Below, one piece after another: positions 9,035-19,372 of a stretch of DNA of 64,000 nucleotides (within the stretch, counting starts at the first letter, position 1; each line of letters begins with the position of its first letter). The stretch is from Candidatus Hydrothermarchaeales archaeon (GTDB taxonomy: Archaea; Hydrothermarchaeota; Hydrothermarchaeia; Hydrothermarchaeales; JAZGAD01). The position numbers were made by a program, and so were the translations under genes. Under the pieces are notes generated by a model. The model saw only the letters and a program-made list of their open reading frames with translations. It made no database searches and was not told the DNA's origin. The stretch spans positions 27,341 to 91,340 of the forward strand of contig JAZGAD010000053.1 of the NCBI GenBank assembly GCA_036444275.1. Direction: 5' to 3'.

Positions 9035-9706
9035 CTATACCCTTTTCACATAGATGGTGCTAACGATCTCCTCATCTAAGGCTAGCTCTGTCTCCCCTAT
9101 TTTTACCACGTATGAGGGTTGCTTCTGATGCAGTTTGATTATACTTCCTGGGAGTACCCCCAAGCTGCTGAGGCGGTCCAACCTTGCATGTTCCTTTGGA
9201 ACAATGAATACTATTCTCCCTTCCTGTCCAGGTGTAAGCTCCCCAAGAGGAAGCACTAGGGGCTTCACTTCTTTCTTGAACTTTGCGCAGCAATTAGCCC
9301 GCGGTATAGGCTTGTTGTGGGGGCACATCGGTGGGTGTCCCAGAAAGGTGCAGACGCTGTCAGTCACTTCAATGCTTAAGATGTGTTCAAATTTACAGGC
9401 CTCAGGATGTATATGCTTCGCCGGTAGTTCAAAGATTTCTGAAAGTAGACTTTCAGCTAAGCGGTGGCGCCTTATTATATCCTCTGCCTTTTTCTCTCCA
9501 CTTTTGCTCAGAGTGACCCTGCCTTCTTGGATGCCTACAAGCCCCTTTTGTTCCATCTCGTTGAGCAGCTTGCTTGCATCCTCTTCTTCGCTTGACTTAA
9601 CAATATACTCCAGCTCGTCCTTTTTCCGCTCCCTTGAGATCCATATAAGCTCTAATAGCTCATCAATACTCTGCTCGCTTATCCCACTGCTTTCCTTTCG
9701 TGTCAT
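9035..9706 (-). CDS. DtxR/MntR-family metal-dependent regulator with C-terminal FeoA domain
   Basis: IIRRHRLAE, EACKFEH, LGHPPMCPH; FeoA-like RLSSLGVLPGS; in feoB operon. Confidence 0.9.
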   Translation of the reverse strand: MTRKESSGISEQSIDELLELIWISRERKKDELEYIVKSSEEEDASKLLNEMEQKGLVGIQEGRVTLSKSGEKKAEDIIRRHRLAESLLSEIFELPAKHIHPEACKFEHILSIEVTDSVCTFLGHPPMCPHNKPIPRANCCAKFKKEVKPLVLPLGELTPGQEGRIVFIVPKEHARLDRLSSLGVLPGSIIKLHQKQPSYVVKIGETELALDEEIVSTIYVKRV

Positions 9707-9885
9707 CTTCTCCTCCTTAATATCTTCTTAATAACATCAATAGTTTTGGATTTTTGTACAAACTGATAGTTACAGTGTGGGCAGCAGATCATGCCGCATC
9801 CCCTACTCATAGGGCAACCCTTGCACTTCACCTCTTCCATTTCCTCTGCGAATTCATAGCCGCAGAGAGGGCATTTCAACTTCAT
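9703..9885 (-). CDS. Small Cys-rich protein associated with feoB
   Basis: 60 aa with 8 Cys (CPLC, CKGC, C, CCPHC); overlaps feoB stop and dtxR start. Confidence 0.8.
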   Translation of the reverse strand: MKLKCPLCGYEFAEEMEEVKCKGCPMSRGCGMICCPHCNYQFVQKSKTIDVIKKILRRRR

Positions 9886-11843
9886 AAGCTCACCTCGAAT
9901 AAGTGCAGCAGGAAGTTTAAGATACCGCCAACTAGAAAGGCAAATGGGAAGATAAATGCCGTTATAGCTAGAGCTGTCTTTAAGCCGCGTTCCTTTATAA
10001 TCACGAGGAAGTTGGCTATACAGGGCACAAACAATGTTATGGTAACCAGGCTAACCACTGTCTGGATAGCGTCCAGTTGTCCGGCTCGGGCAAGTGTGAA
10101 TAAGCCAGCGGCACCGAAGTCTCTTCTTAGAAAACCGATGAGGAATGCCTCAGTGGCTTTGGCCGGAAGCCCCAGGAAGTTTACTACTAGTGGCGATGCA
10201 AGTTCTTCGATAAGTTGTAGGAGCAAGAGCTTGTCAAACACAAATAGGATCGTAGTGCCCAAAATGAATAGGGGGATCACCTCTTTCAGATACCATTCGA
10301 CGCGTGCCATAGTCTTAACGATTATATTCGAAAGCTGGGGCATCCTGATGGGCGGCAACTCTAAGACAAAATCAGAGCTTTCACCGGGTATAACTTTAGA
10401 GGCGAGAAAACCTACTAATACGAGAACTCCGCCGACAACACCTGCCCATAGGGCAGTTGCCTTAAAGGAGAGCATGCCTAGCATACCCAGCACTACTCCA
10501 AGCTGAGCAGAACATGGTACAGCCAGTGCTAAGAGGAGGGTGACTATGATTCGATCTTTCCTGGTATCTAGAGTTCGAGTAGTCATGGTAGCCATAGTGT
10601 CGCAACCCAACCCCAGGACCATTGGTAGTACAGCCTTGCCGTTTAATCCCATGAGTCTGAATACCTTGTTGAGCATTACAGCCAATCTGGGCAGGTAGCC
10701 GGAATCCTCGAGGATGCCGAAGACGATGAAGAATGTCCCCACTATCGGCAAAATAATGGCAAACCCATAAGAGAGCGCCATAGTAACCATCCCGTACTCG
10801 CCGACCAGAAAATCACGTACTATCCCGGCTGGAATCAGGTAATTGACTGCGCGCACAGACCACGGGTTTATGTATCCACCGAAGACCCTACGCTCCATAA
10901 AGTCAACCAGGGTCTGAGCACCGAATTCACCGACGAACTTATAGGTCAAATATAAAACGAGTAGTAGGATAGGCACTCCCCAGACTGGGTGCGTGGATAG
11001 TCTACCCAGAGCATCGGATAGAGAAGGGTGCTCTATCTTTGTTGTTTGCACCACTTGCTCGACGACCTCGTCAGCCTTCTTCAGGCGGTGTCTGTTTATC
11101 GCATAGCCCAATGACTCTGTATATTTAAACTGTATGTCTTGCCTAGTACGCTCTATTCTCTTTATATCACCAGGCGCAAGGTTATCGTGCAGCCATTTCC
11201 CTAAGCTTTCATCCCCGGCGAGGAGCATTAGTGCAATACTCCTCCTCGAGATTCTGGCCTCTGGCAGTAGGGCCGCTATCTCTCTTACTCCCCGCTCTAT
11301 ATCCTCGTCATAGGCAATCACGTAGTTCGAGACACGTGGCTTGGATACGCCTTTTATTAAGTTGCTCAAACCTTCTTTCTGGGTCGCCACAGTAGCTATA
11401 GCCTCAATGCCCAGAATTTCTGATAGTCTCTCAGTATCAATTGTAATACCCCTGCTTTTAGCTTCATCGTGCATATTCAGGTCTAGGACAAAAGGTAAGC
11501 CCATCTCAGCTAGCTGCAGTGTTATCAGCAGACCTCGCCTCAGATTTTTAGAATCAGCGACTTGTATAATGTTGTACAGGTCTTCTGTCAAAAGGATGTC
11601 CCGAGTGACCCTCTCGTCCTCGGACATGGGTATCAAATTATTTATCCCGGGAGTATCAACGATCACGCTTTCCTTATCGAAGGAGGCGTTTCCATGCGTT
11701 ATCTCAACGGTTGTACCTGGATAATTGGATACCGTAACATATCTGCCTGTAAGGAGGCCGGATATAACGCTCTTCCCTACGTTCGGGTTCCCTACGAGTA
11801 CTATCTTCCTGCCCGTTATGTCTGTCTTTTTATGTTGATGCAT
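9882..11843 (-). CDS. feoB: Ferrous iron transporter B
   Basis: GNPNVGKS, NYPGTTVE, DTPG, LEDSGYLPR, GLGC, VPCSAQ, ELPP. Confidence 0.96.
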   Translation of the reverse strand: MHQHKKTDITGRKIVLVGNPNVGKSVISGLLTGRYVTVSNYPGTTVEITHGNASFDKESVIVDTPGINNLIPMSEDERVTRDILLTEDLYNIIQVADSKNLRRGLLITLQLAEMGLPFVLDLNMHDEAKSRGITIDTERLSEILGIEAIATVATQKEGLSNLIKGVSKPRVSNYVIAYDEDIERGVREIAALLPEARISRRSIALMLLAGDESLGKWLHDNLAPGDIKRIERTRQDIQFKYTESLGYAINRHRLKKADEVVEQVVQTTKIEHPSLSDALGRLSTHPVWGVPILLLVLYLTYKFVGEFGAQTLVDFMERRVFGGYINPWSVRAVNYLIPAGIVRDFLVGEYGMVTMALSYGFAIILPIVGTFFIVFGILEDSGYLPRLAVMLNKVFRLMGLNGKAVLPMVLGLGCDTMATMTTRTLDTRKDRIIVTLLLALAVPCSAQLGVVLGMLGMLSFKATALWAGVVGGVLVLVGFLASKVIPGESSDFVLELPPIRMPQLSNIIVKTMARVEWYLKEVIPLFILGTTILFVFDKLLLLQLIEELASPLVVNFLGLPAKATEAFLIGFLRRDFGAAGLFTLARAGQLDAIQTVVSLVTITLFVPCIANFLVIIKERGLKTALAITAFIFPFAFLVGGILNFLLHLFEVSL

Positions 11844-11856
11844 ACGTCCTTTCCTA

Positions 11857-11874
11857 AATTAGGCTTGCCTAATT
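11857..11874. promoter_or_regulatory. DtxR/MntR-type operator upstream of feoB
   Basis: Inverted repeat AATTAGGC-TT-GCCTAATT (TTAGG-N4-CCTAA) 14 bp upstream of feoB ATG; DtxR gene in the same operon. Confidence 0.8.
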
Positions 11875-12024
11875 AATAAGAATTTGTGCACAGTAAATAA
11901 AAACCTTTGGTTCGTTTTTGCCTTATTAAGCTGCGATATAATAAAGGTAAATTTATATATCACGTTTACAAATATCTACAAAGACTGGGTTTGCAGACTG
12001 GGGTGGCATATCCTGGAAAAAAAG

Positions 12025-14304
12025 ATGAACCAGGGCAGACCTCTAGGGAAGCTATTGCTTCGAGCAATGGTTGACAGCATAGGGGAAGGAATAGTCGTAC
12101 TTGATGCCAGTTATCGTATAATATTCGTGAATGATGCTCTAACCAAGCTTATGAAGGTGCGTACGGAGGGGCTCTTGGGGAAGACTTGTTACACTGTTTT
12201 TCACAACCGATCTAGTGTGTGTTCTGATTGCCCTGTGGAGACGACCTTTGCTACAGGGGAGCCAGCGGCAACAGCATTCCATACGGGAAAGACCGCTAAT
12301 GGTAGCACGACATATATGGAGCTTACTTCTTATCCCATAAAGGATTCCGAGGGCAAGGTGCTCCAAGTCGTAGAGATCGTGAAGGACATCAAACATAGAA
12401 TGGAAGTTGAGCGCAAGCTCAGGGAGAAAAGCGATGAGCTTGAGATGATATTCGACAATGCTCATGTAGGGATAGGCCTTCTGGATAATGATATGCGTTA
12501 CATTCGGATTAATCGCTTCATGGAAGACATGATTGGACTCAAATCCAATGAGATCAAAGGGGAGCACTGCTACGACGTGGTAGGAGAATACAGAAATGAC
12601 CCCACAAGAGGCGGGAAGGAGAGGATATGTGATGCCTGCAATATTGTGAAGGTCCTGGATACTGGTGATATACATAGCCATGTCAGAGAACACTCCTGGG
12701 GGCTAATAACCGAGAGTACAGGGGTTCCAGTAAAGAATGAGCATGGAGAGGTTGTTGGCGTGATGGAGATAATACGTGACATCACGAAGGAGAAAAAACT
12801 AGAGGAGGGGAAGAAAAAATCCGAGGAAAAATACCGCACTTTAATCGAGACCATGGACGATGGCATTGCCGTGATGGATAAGGAGAGAAAGGTGACCTTT
12901 TGCAATAAGAAATTCGCAGAGATGATGGAATACGAAGTAGAAGAAATGCTGGGTATGGATGTTATTTCTCTGTTCAATAAGGAGAACCAGGGGATTTTGA
13001 AAAAGGAACTTAAAAAAAGGGCACAGGGGAAATCATCAGTATATGAGATAGAATTCACAACCCAGAGTAGGAGGCAACTACCAGTGTTGATGCATGCTAC
13101 TCCACTCCTAGACAAAGACGAAAAACATATAGGTAGCTTCGCGGTTGTCACTGACATGACTGAGAAGAAGAAACTTGAAAATGAGCTCAGGGAGTACGTA
13201 GAGAAGCTGGAGGAAAAGGTCGAGGAACGAACGGCAAGGCTAAGGGAAGCACAGAAGCACCTTAAGAATGTAATTGACACTATTGGAGAGCAGATCTGTG
13301 TCATTGACAGAGACCTTAAGATAGGGGGATTTAACAAGGTCTTTGCCAAGCATGTAACATTTCCAAAAGAGAAGATAAGTGGGGTGAAATGCTATAAGGT
13401 TATTCATGGCTATTCAGAGGAAGATTTCCACAAGTTCTGCATTTCGTGCTCTGTTAAACAAGCATTCGAGTTCGGGAAGAGCGTGGAATCGATTCATGAA
13501 CATGAGGCGGACGATGATATAGTATACCATGAATGCAGGGCTCTTCCAATGAAGAATCCAGATGGCGAAGTCTATCAAGTCGTCTATGTGGTCAACGATG
13601 TTACTACTAAGAAAAAGTTAGAGCAATCTATAATTCAAGCCAAAGACGACGCTGAATTCTACATAGATCTAATGAGCCACGACATCAACAACGCAAATAC
13701 TGTGGCACTAGGCATGCTAGAATTGCTGGGCGATTCAGTACAGGGAGAGGAGAAAGAATATATCAGTAAATCTCTGGCGGCCGTCAAGCGGAGCTCCGAG
13801 ATCATAAACGACGTGAAAAAGCTTCAACTTGTGAGACACACTAGGAAAGAAGCTTTGCAAAGGAGGATGCTCTCACCAGTCTTGCAGGAGGCAATAACAA
13901 GTGTAAAGGCTGCCTACGGTGATAAAGTCGAAGTCACTTACAAGCCAAAGAAGGCTGTAGTACTCGCCGATGATTTAATTAAGGATCTCTTCTGGAATCT
14001 CCTGGATAATGCAGCCAAATACGATCCTCACTCAAAAGTCGTTATCGGCGTAGAAGTAGAAGACATGGGGGACGCGTGGAGGATAGGTGTAACAGACAGG
14101 GGACGAGGAGTACCTGACGATATGAAGATAGAGATTTTCGAGCGCTTCAGAAGGCTGGAAAAGCAAGTCAAAGGTTCAGGTATAGGTCTCTACCTAGCAA
14201 AGACTCTCGTTGATACATATGGAGGCAAGATCTGGGTGGAGAACCGCGTGAAAGGAGACCATGAGAAGGGTAGCGTCTTCTACGTCGTACTGCCTCAGGC
14301 TTAA
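12025..14304 (+). CDS. Multi-PAS sensor histidine kinase
   Basis: Four PAS/PAC repeats; H-box LMSHDINN, N-box NLLDNAAKY, DRGRGV, GSGIGLY; start moved from ORF start 11884 to ATG 12025. Confidence 0.92.
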   Translation: MNQGRPLGKLLLRAMVDSIGEGIVVLDASYRIIFVNDALTKLMKVRTEGLLGKTCYTVFHNRSSVCSDCPVETTFATGEPAATAFHTGKTANGSTTYMELTSYPIKDSEGKVLQVVEIVKDIKHRMEVERKLREKSDELEMIFDNAHVGIGLLDNDMRYIRINRFMEDMIGLKSNEIKGEHCYDVVGEYRNDPTRGGKERICDACNIVKVLDTGDIHSHVREHSWGLITESTGVPVKNEHGEVVGVMEIIRDITKEKKLEEGKKKSEEKYRTLIETMDDGIAVMDKERKVTFCNKKFAEMMEYEVEEMLGMDVISLFNKENQGILKKELKKRAQGKSSVYEIEFTTQSRRQLPVLMHATPLLDKDEKHIGSFAVVTDMTEKKKLENELREYVEKLEEKVEERTARLREAQKHLKNVIDTIGEQICVIDRDLKIGGFNKVFAKHVTFPKEKISGVKCYKVIHGYSEEDFHKFCISCSVKQAFEFGKSVESIHEHEADDDIVYHECRALPMKNPDGEVYQVVYVVNDVTTKKKLEQSIIQAKDDAEFYIDLMSHDINNANTVALGMLELLGDSVQGEEKEYISKSLAAVKRSSEIINDVKKLQLVRHTRKEALQRRMLSPVLQEAITSVKAAYGDKVEVTYKPKKAVVLADDLIKDLFWNLLDNAAKYDPHSKVVIGVEVEDMGDAWRIGVTDRGRGVPDDMKIEIFERFRRLEKQVKGSGIGLYLAKTLVDTYGGKIWVENRVKGDHEKGSVFYVVLPQA

Positions 14305-14334
14305 TCTAACCAATTATTCTATGTGGTAGATTAG

Positions 14335-15930
14335 TCATTTCACTCTTATTATCCTCACTATGCCGTAGGGTGAGGGCTTTTCATATACCGTCTCGAAGAA
14401 TTGTCCGTTGAATTTTTCTATATCGATATCTACACCGTACTCGCTGGCTGGCTTATAATATGATAAGAGGTTGCCGTAGCGCATCATGTTGTCTGAGTAG
14501 AAGATATGTGTCGCGTTATAGCGCTTGGCGATATTGCTTGCTACTCCTGCATTGGATGTATCGTAAAGGATAAAGAGGTCGTTCTGCACCTGCCCAGGTG
14601 CTTTAATATACAGATAGTTGACATTGCGCAGTGGAAATACACCGCCTAGCAGTGCCTTCCCACCGGTTACACCTGCGAACATCTGGGAGCGGTAGTAATC
14701 AGCGATTATCCTATCACTTGGTGAGGAATTATTCCTGAACCAGAGTGCTGCCTCGTATTCAGCCTCTGTTAAGCCTGAGGTCTGGAATCTTGTGGTTAAG
14801 CCGTAGTCATAGATGTTCCAGCCCATACCCAGCAAGAGAGCCGCTGCTAGAATGAGGGTAATCTTTCTTCTGCTGGAGGAAAGGAAGACACCTATAGCCA
14901 GGGAGAGTGGCTGGGCTAAGAAGGGATAGAATCTGAATCCCTCAAGAGGCTTCGCGAGAGTGCTCCATGATAGGTGTGTGGCATTAAAGGCGTTGAGGAT
15001 CACCTCGTTCTGGGTTTCGAGAAAAATGGGTAGCGCCCATAGGATAAGGAGTAGGTGCTTATGCTTTCTCCAGTCTCTGAAGAGGTAGAGGTAGGATGCG
15101 ATTCCAAGGAGAGCTGCAAATACTCCATAGTCTAGCAACTGGTGCTCCATAGGATACATTCCGCTGCTCGTCACCAAGGCCTTTATCCACCACCAATAGA
15201 GGTTTCTGGGGAGCCACCAAGGCGCTGCTATCACTTGGGAGATAAGGATTACCTTGCCGAGATCTAGGAACAACTTCTTTCCTGCTTTATGCACGGCAAC
15301 TAATGCTATAGTCACCATCAAAAGGATCAATATCTCTATGAAGTAGGATAGGTGTATCAGGAAATTCACTCCAAGGGCTATGCCCATGCCAGCGATTATT
15401 AGATTACTAGGCTTCTTAGAGTGTTTTAGCCACGCAAGTACCAGTAGAGGAATGAGGAAGAGTGTGAAGGACTGTGGGTCTGAGATTCCGCTCCAGAATA
15501 TGAATGACGGTGTAAGTGCTAGTGCAGTAGTGGAGATGAAAGCTACATGCGAGCCATATAGGTATCTAGCCAAGAAGAATAGGGATAGGGGTGCTAAGGC
15601 CTCGATAAAAGGGAGCAATCTAGAGCTCACCGTGGGTATATCCAAGCCCGAGATAGAGCTCGTCAGGGCAAACAGGATTGGTGAAAGCGGGGGATACCAC
15701 ATGGGCACCATGCCATATGCTCTGTATCGAATATCTGGCTCAGGAAGGATGCCATAGTCCTGGATGTACTGGGCCATGGTGAGGCGGTACCATATGTCCC
15801 CCTGGAAAGTCAGGAGGTGTGAGTCTATCGCAAGTCTAGGCGCCAGTCTAAGATAGAAGCCCAGGAAGAAGAGTGCTAGCAGGAAAAGGGCTTCCTTCTT
15901 ATTCAGCCTGAATTCCTGCACTTCTACCAC
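14335..15930 (-). CDS. Polytopic membrane glycosyltransferase (GT-C, PMT/STT3-like)
   Basis: GDIWYRL in first loop, YPPL motif, ~11 TM segments, C-terminal EAALWFRNNS..D.IIADY soluble domain. Confidence 0.7.
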   Translation of the reverse strand: MVEVQEFRLNKKEALFLLALFFLGFYLRLAPRLAIDSHLLTFQGDIWYRLTMAQYIQDYGILPEPDIRYRAYGMVPMWYPPLSPILFALTSSISGLDIPTVSSRLLPFIEALAPLSLFFLARYLYGSHVAFISTTALALTPSFIFWSGISDPQSFTLFLIPLLVLAWLKHSKKPSNLIIAGMGIALGVNFLIHLSYFIEILILLMVTIALVAVHKAGKKLFLDLGKVILISQVIAAPWWLPRNLYWWWIKALVTSSGMYPMEHQLLDYGVFAALLGIASYLYLFRDWRKHKHLLLILWALPIFLETQNEVILNAFNATHLSWSTLAKPLEGFRFYPFLAQPLSLAIGVFLSSSRRKITLILAAALLLGMGWNIYDYGLTTRFQTSGLTEAEYEAALWFRNNSSPSDRIIADYYRSQMFAGVTGGKALLGGVFPLRNVNYLYIKAPGQVQNDLFILYDTSNAGVASNIAKRYNATHIFYSDNMMRYGNLLSYYKPASEYGVDIDIEKFNGQFFETVYEKPSPYGIVRIIRVK

Positions 15931-16079
15931 CGGTATCCTTTTTTATTCTGTGATTAATCGAGAGATATGGGAGTTTATATCTTTCTCCCAAGTGGGTGCT
16001 CAGCAGTAGCATGCCTCAACAATGTCCGAGAAAAAGTGTCAAAATTAGAATTTGAAGTAGGATATGCAGGGGGATAGAG

Positions 16080-16745
16080 ATGAAGATAGCAGTGCTATCA
16101 GATATTCATTCCAACATGCCAGCCTTGAAAGAGGTGTTAAAGGGTATTGACGGCATGGAAATATTCTGTTGCGGGGACCTAGTGGGTTATAATCCCTTTC
16201 CAAACGAGGTTGTAGAGTTGTTTAGGAAGAAGCATATACATTGTATCCTCGGCAACCACGACCAAGCGGTCATTACAGGTGATACCTCGTGGTTTAATCC
16301 AATCGCAGCTAGAGCTATAGAATGGACCATAGAGGCGCTCAAAGATGAGAATCTGGAATTTCTAAAGACATTGCCCAGGGTATACGAGGATGGATTCTAC
16401 GCAGTTCATGGTAGCCCACGCAACCAGCTGGAGGAATACGTCTATCCAGATTACCCATTAGAGGTTCTCCTCAGCTTCTTCGACTCTACTGAGAAGAATG
16501 TCATGGCCCTTGGTCACACTCATACCCCTTTTCAAAAGAGGCTTGATGACAAGCTCCTATTTAACCCGGGGAGTGTTGGGCAACCCAGGGATCTTGACCC
16601 ATGTGCGGCATATGCTATCTTAGACTTAGATATTAATGATGTTGAGATCAGGAGAGTGGAATATGATATAGACGAAGTGGCAGATGCAATAATCGAGCGG
16701 GGGCTTCCAACAGCTCTGGCTCAGAGGCTCCACTTGGGTTGGTGA
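16080..16745 (+). CDS. Calcineurin-like metallophosphoesterase
   Basis: SDIHSN, GDLVGY, GNHD, HGSP, GHTH, NPGSVGQPRD. Confidence 0.93.
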   Translation: MKIAVLSDIHSNMPALKEVLKGIDGMEIFCCGDLVGYNPFPNEVVELFRKKHIHCILGNHDQAVITGDTSWFNPIAARAIEWTIEALKDENLEFLKTLPRVYEDGFYAVHGSPRNQLEEYVYPDYPLEVLLSFFDSTEKNVMALGHTHTPFQKRLDDKLLFNPGSVGQPRDLDPCAAYAILDLDINDVEIRRVEYDIDEVADAIIERGLPTALAQRLHLGW

Positions 16746-16789
16746 ACTATACATCCAAGAAATGTGAGGGTTAAGACGACCTTCCAAAG

Positions 16790-17698
16790 TCACCCATAGA
16801 CCTCTTCGAGGATCTCGTCTGCCCCTTTCCTGAGAAGCTCCTCGGCAGCTGTAACACCTATCTCCTCAGCATCCTCTGCTTTTCCGTCGGCTATAGCTTC
16901 GATCTTCCTATCTCCATTAGGGGAAAAGACCGCTGCCGTAAGGAAGAGTTTTCCATTTATTTGAGTCATAGCCCCTATAGGTACTTGACACCCACCGCCC
17001 AAGCGCTTCAACAATGCTCTCTCAGCCTGGATCCTATGCATGGACGCTATATGATTAATGGCAGAGAGATATTCCCCCTCAAAGTCTCTCCTTGCGACGA
17101 CAGCTATAGCTCCCTGCCCTATCGAAGGCAGGAAGACATCCAAAGGAAGTTCTTGAGAAATCACTTCCTCTAAGTCCAGCCTCTTTAATCCCGCCTTGGC
17201 CATGATAATAGCGTCGTATTCTCTAGAGCTGAGCTTCCTGAGCCGAGTATCCACGTTTCCCCGTATATCCTTCACCTGGAGGTCGCCTCGATAGTTCAAC
17301 ACCTCGGCCTTCCTCCTTAAACTGCTAGTACCTATTACTGCGCCTCTGGGCAGAGTCTCTAACGTCAGCTTATCTCTAGATATCAGAACATCTCTAGCAT
17401 CTTCCCTTTCCGGTACACATGCTATCTCCAGCTCCTCCAGAACCTCGGTGGGGACATCCTTCATGCTGTGAACAGCGAAGTCCACGTCACCCCTTGCTAC
17501 TGCCTCATCGATCTCCTTCACAAACAACCCTTTTCCCCCTATTCTTGCGAGAGGCGCGTCAGAGATTTTATCTCCAGTTGTCTTTATAATCCTTTTTTCA
17601 AACTCTAGATCAGGGAACCTCTCTTTCAAAAGCATCGAGACAAAATCAACTTGGGCTAGTGCGAGCTTGCTGCCCCTTGTACCTATGACAAGCTTCAT
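16790..17698 (-). CDS. hemC: Porphobilinogen deaminase
   Basis: IGTRGSKLALAQ, GGKGLFVKE, AVHSMKDVP, GTSSLRR, RGNVDTRL, GGCQVP; start moved to ATG 17698. Confidence 0.97.
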   Translation of the reverse strand: MKLVIGTRGSKLALAQVDFVSMLLKERFPDLEFEKRIIKTTGDKISDAPLARIGGKGLFVKEIDEAVARGDVDFAVHSMKDVPTEVLEELEIACVPEREDARDVLISRDKLTLETLPRGAVIGTSSLRRKAEVLNYRGDLQVKDIRGNVDTRLRKLSSREYDAIIMAKAGLKRLDLEEVISQELPLDVFLPSIGQGAIAVVARRDFEGEYLSAINHIASMHRIQAERALLKRLGGGCQVPIGAMTQINGKLFLTAAVFSPNGDRKIEAIADGKAEDAEEIGVTAAEELLRKGADEILEEVYG

Positions 17699-18966
17699 CG
17701 AAGGGACCTCAGCACCTCTTCGGCAGTTGTTAATGTGTGTTCCAATTCCGCATTGCCGTGGGCTTGGGATATGAAGTTGCACTCGTACTGGGAAGGTGGA
17801 AGAAATACTCCCTTCAAGAGCATACCCCTCTGAAACTTGAGGAACGCTTCCCTGTCAGCCTTCAGCGCAGTCGAGTAGTCTGTGATTTCTTCGTCAGTGA
17901 AGTACATCTGGAACATAGATGCTATACCACAAATCCTAGTTTTCAGGTTGCAGTCACTGGATATGCTTTCTAATCCTTTCCTGAGCCTAGCCGCATAGGA
18001 ATTTACCTTCTCATATACCCTGCCGTCTTTAAGCTCTCTTAGGGCGGCCAGCCCAGCTACCATAGAGATGGGGTTCCCGTTGAAGGTGCCGGCTTGGTAC
18101 ACCTTGCCAAGAGGTGAGAATTCCTTCATTATCTCTGTGCTAGATGCTATCGCACCCAGAGGGAATCCGCCTCCTAAAATCTTCCCCAGGGTGGTAATAT
18201 CCGGGGATACGTCGTAGTATTCCTGAGCACCGCCATAGGAGAGCCTGAAGCCTGTTATCACTTCGTCAAAGATGAGCAGAACACCTCTCTCCTCGGCTAG
18301 CTCTCTCAAAAACTGCAGGTAGCCCTCTTTAGGCAGTATGCATCCAGCGTTCCCTATAACCGGCTCCAAGATTATGCATGCTACATCCTCTTTTTTCAAA
18401 AGCCTCTCTACTGCCGCCTCATCATTAAATGGAGCTAAAAGAGTGTTTTTCGTGGTCTCCTCAGGTATCCCCAAGGAATTTGGTACACCATGGGTGGTGG
18501 CACCGCTTCCAGCTTTGACTAGGACGTAATCATGTGCCCCATGGAACGCTCCCTCGAACTTAATGATCTTCTTCCGTTTAGTATAGCCTCTGGCAAGCCG
18601 GATAGCTGCCATTGTTGCCTCGGTGCCAGTGTTCACAAAGCGTACCATCTCTGCACTGGGCACTGCCTCTACCACCTCCCTAGCGAGTTCTACCTCGAGC
18701 TCTGTGGGCGTGCCATAAGCGCTTCCATTCGTGAGCTGGGACTTGACTTTCTCCATTACTTTTGGATGCGCATGCCCTAGGATGAGCGGCCCATATGCGA
18801 GGCAGTAATCGATATAGCTATTCCCATCGACATCATAGAGCATGCAGCCCTCGCCGCGGGTGGTGAAAAATGGATAAGGCTTCATCGCTCTGACAGGGGA
18901 ATTGACACCTCCGACGAGGTAGTGCTTCGCTTTTTCGAAAAGCATCTGCGATTTATTTTTATTCAT
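17695..18966 (-). CDS. hemL: Glutamate-1-semialdehyde 2,1-aminomutase
   Basis: GGVNSPVR, FVNTGTEATM, FDEVITGFR, LGKILGGGFP, YQAGTFNGNP. Confidence 0.97.
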   Translation of the reverse strand: MNKNKSQMLFEKAKHYLVGGVNSPVRAMKPYPFFTTRGEGCMLYDVDGNSYIDYCLAYGPLILGHAHPKVMEKVKSQLTNGSAYGTPTELEVELAREVVEAVPSAEMVRFVNTGTEATMAAIRLARGYTKRKKIIKFEGAFHGAHDYVLVKAGSGATTHGVPNSLGIPEETTKNTLLAPFNDEAAVERLLKKEDVACIILEPVIGNAGCILPKEGYLQFLRELAEERGVLLIFDEVITGFRLSYGGAQEYYDVSPDITTLGKILGGGFPLGAIASSTEIMKEFSPLGKVYQAGTFNGNPISMVAGLAALRELKDGRVYEKVNSYAARLRKGLESISSDCNLKTRICGIASMFQMYFTDEEITDYSTALKADREAFLKFQRGMLLKGVFLPPSQYECNFISQAHGNAELEHTLTTAEEVLRSLR

Positions 18967-19010
18967 GCCTCTCCAGCTCCCTGAGTATGTCCAATAATAC
19001 CTCTCTTATT

Positions 19011-19364
19011 CTATAACCTTTGTTCAGCAGCTCGAATATGATTATTCCTTTGAATCGAAAACCAATAAACAAGGAGGTTCTTTTCTTTCTCTTGATACCT
19101 ATTAAATCTTCTTGAAATCATGTTCCAAAAACGCTCGTTATGCCTTTTTTCAGCGATTTTTACCGGTTCAGAACAGAAAGATACAGGTGTAGGATGAATT
19201 TCTCCAAATTCGGCCTTACCTTGCAAAAATGGTAAACCTATCCCTTTGTTATTGTATGTTGAAGATGGAGGGGATTGCTCCATAATCAAATCTGCAACAC
19301 TTTTATCACTCAGCATTACAACTTCCCACTCCTCCGGGATTTCTTCGATTGGGGTTTGTTTCAT
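19011..19364 (-). pseudogene. hsdS: 5' fragment of type I restriction-modification specificity subunit (HsdS)
   Basis: KQTPIEEIPEEWEVV...QSPPSSTYN..GIGLPFLQGKAEFG is a typical HsdS start/TRD; resemblance ends after ~72 aa; no hsdM/hsdR in window. Confidence 0.8.
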
Positions 19365-19372
19365 TTTGACTT

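Noticed and set aside
18959-19075. Short frame ending ...REVLLDILRELERHE* overlapping the hemL start
   Set aside because: It may be the tail of a lost gene, but it is too short and has no recognisable motif
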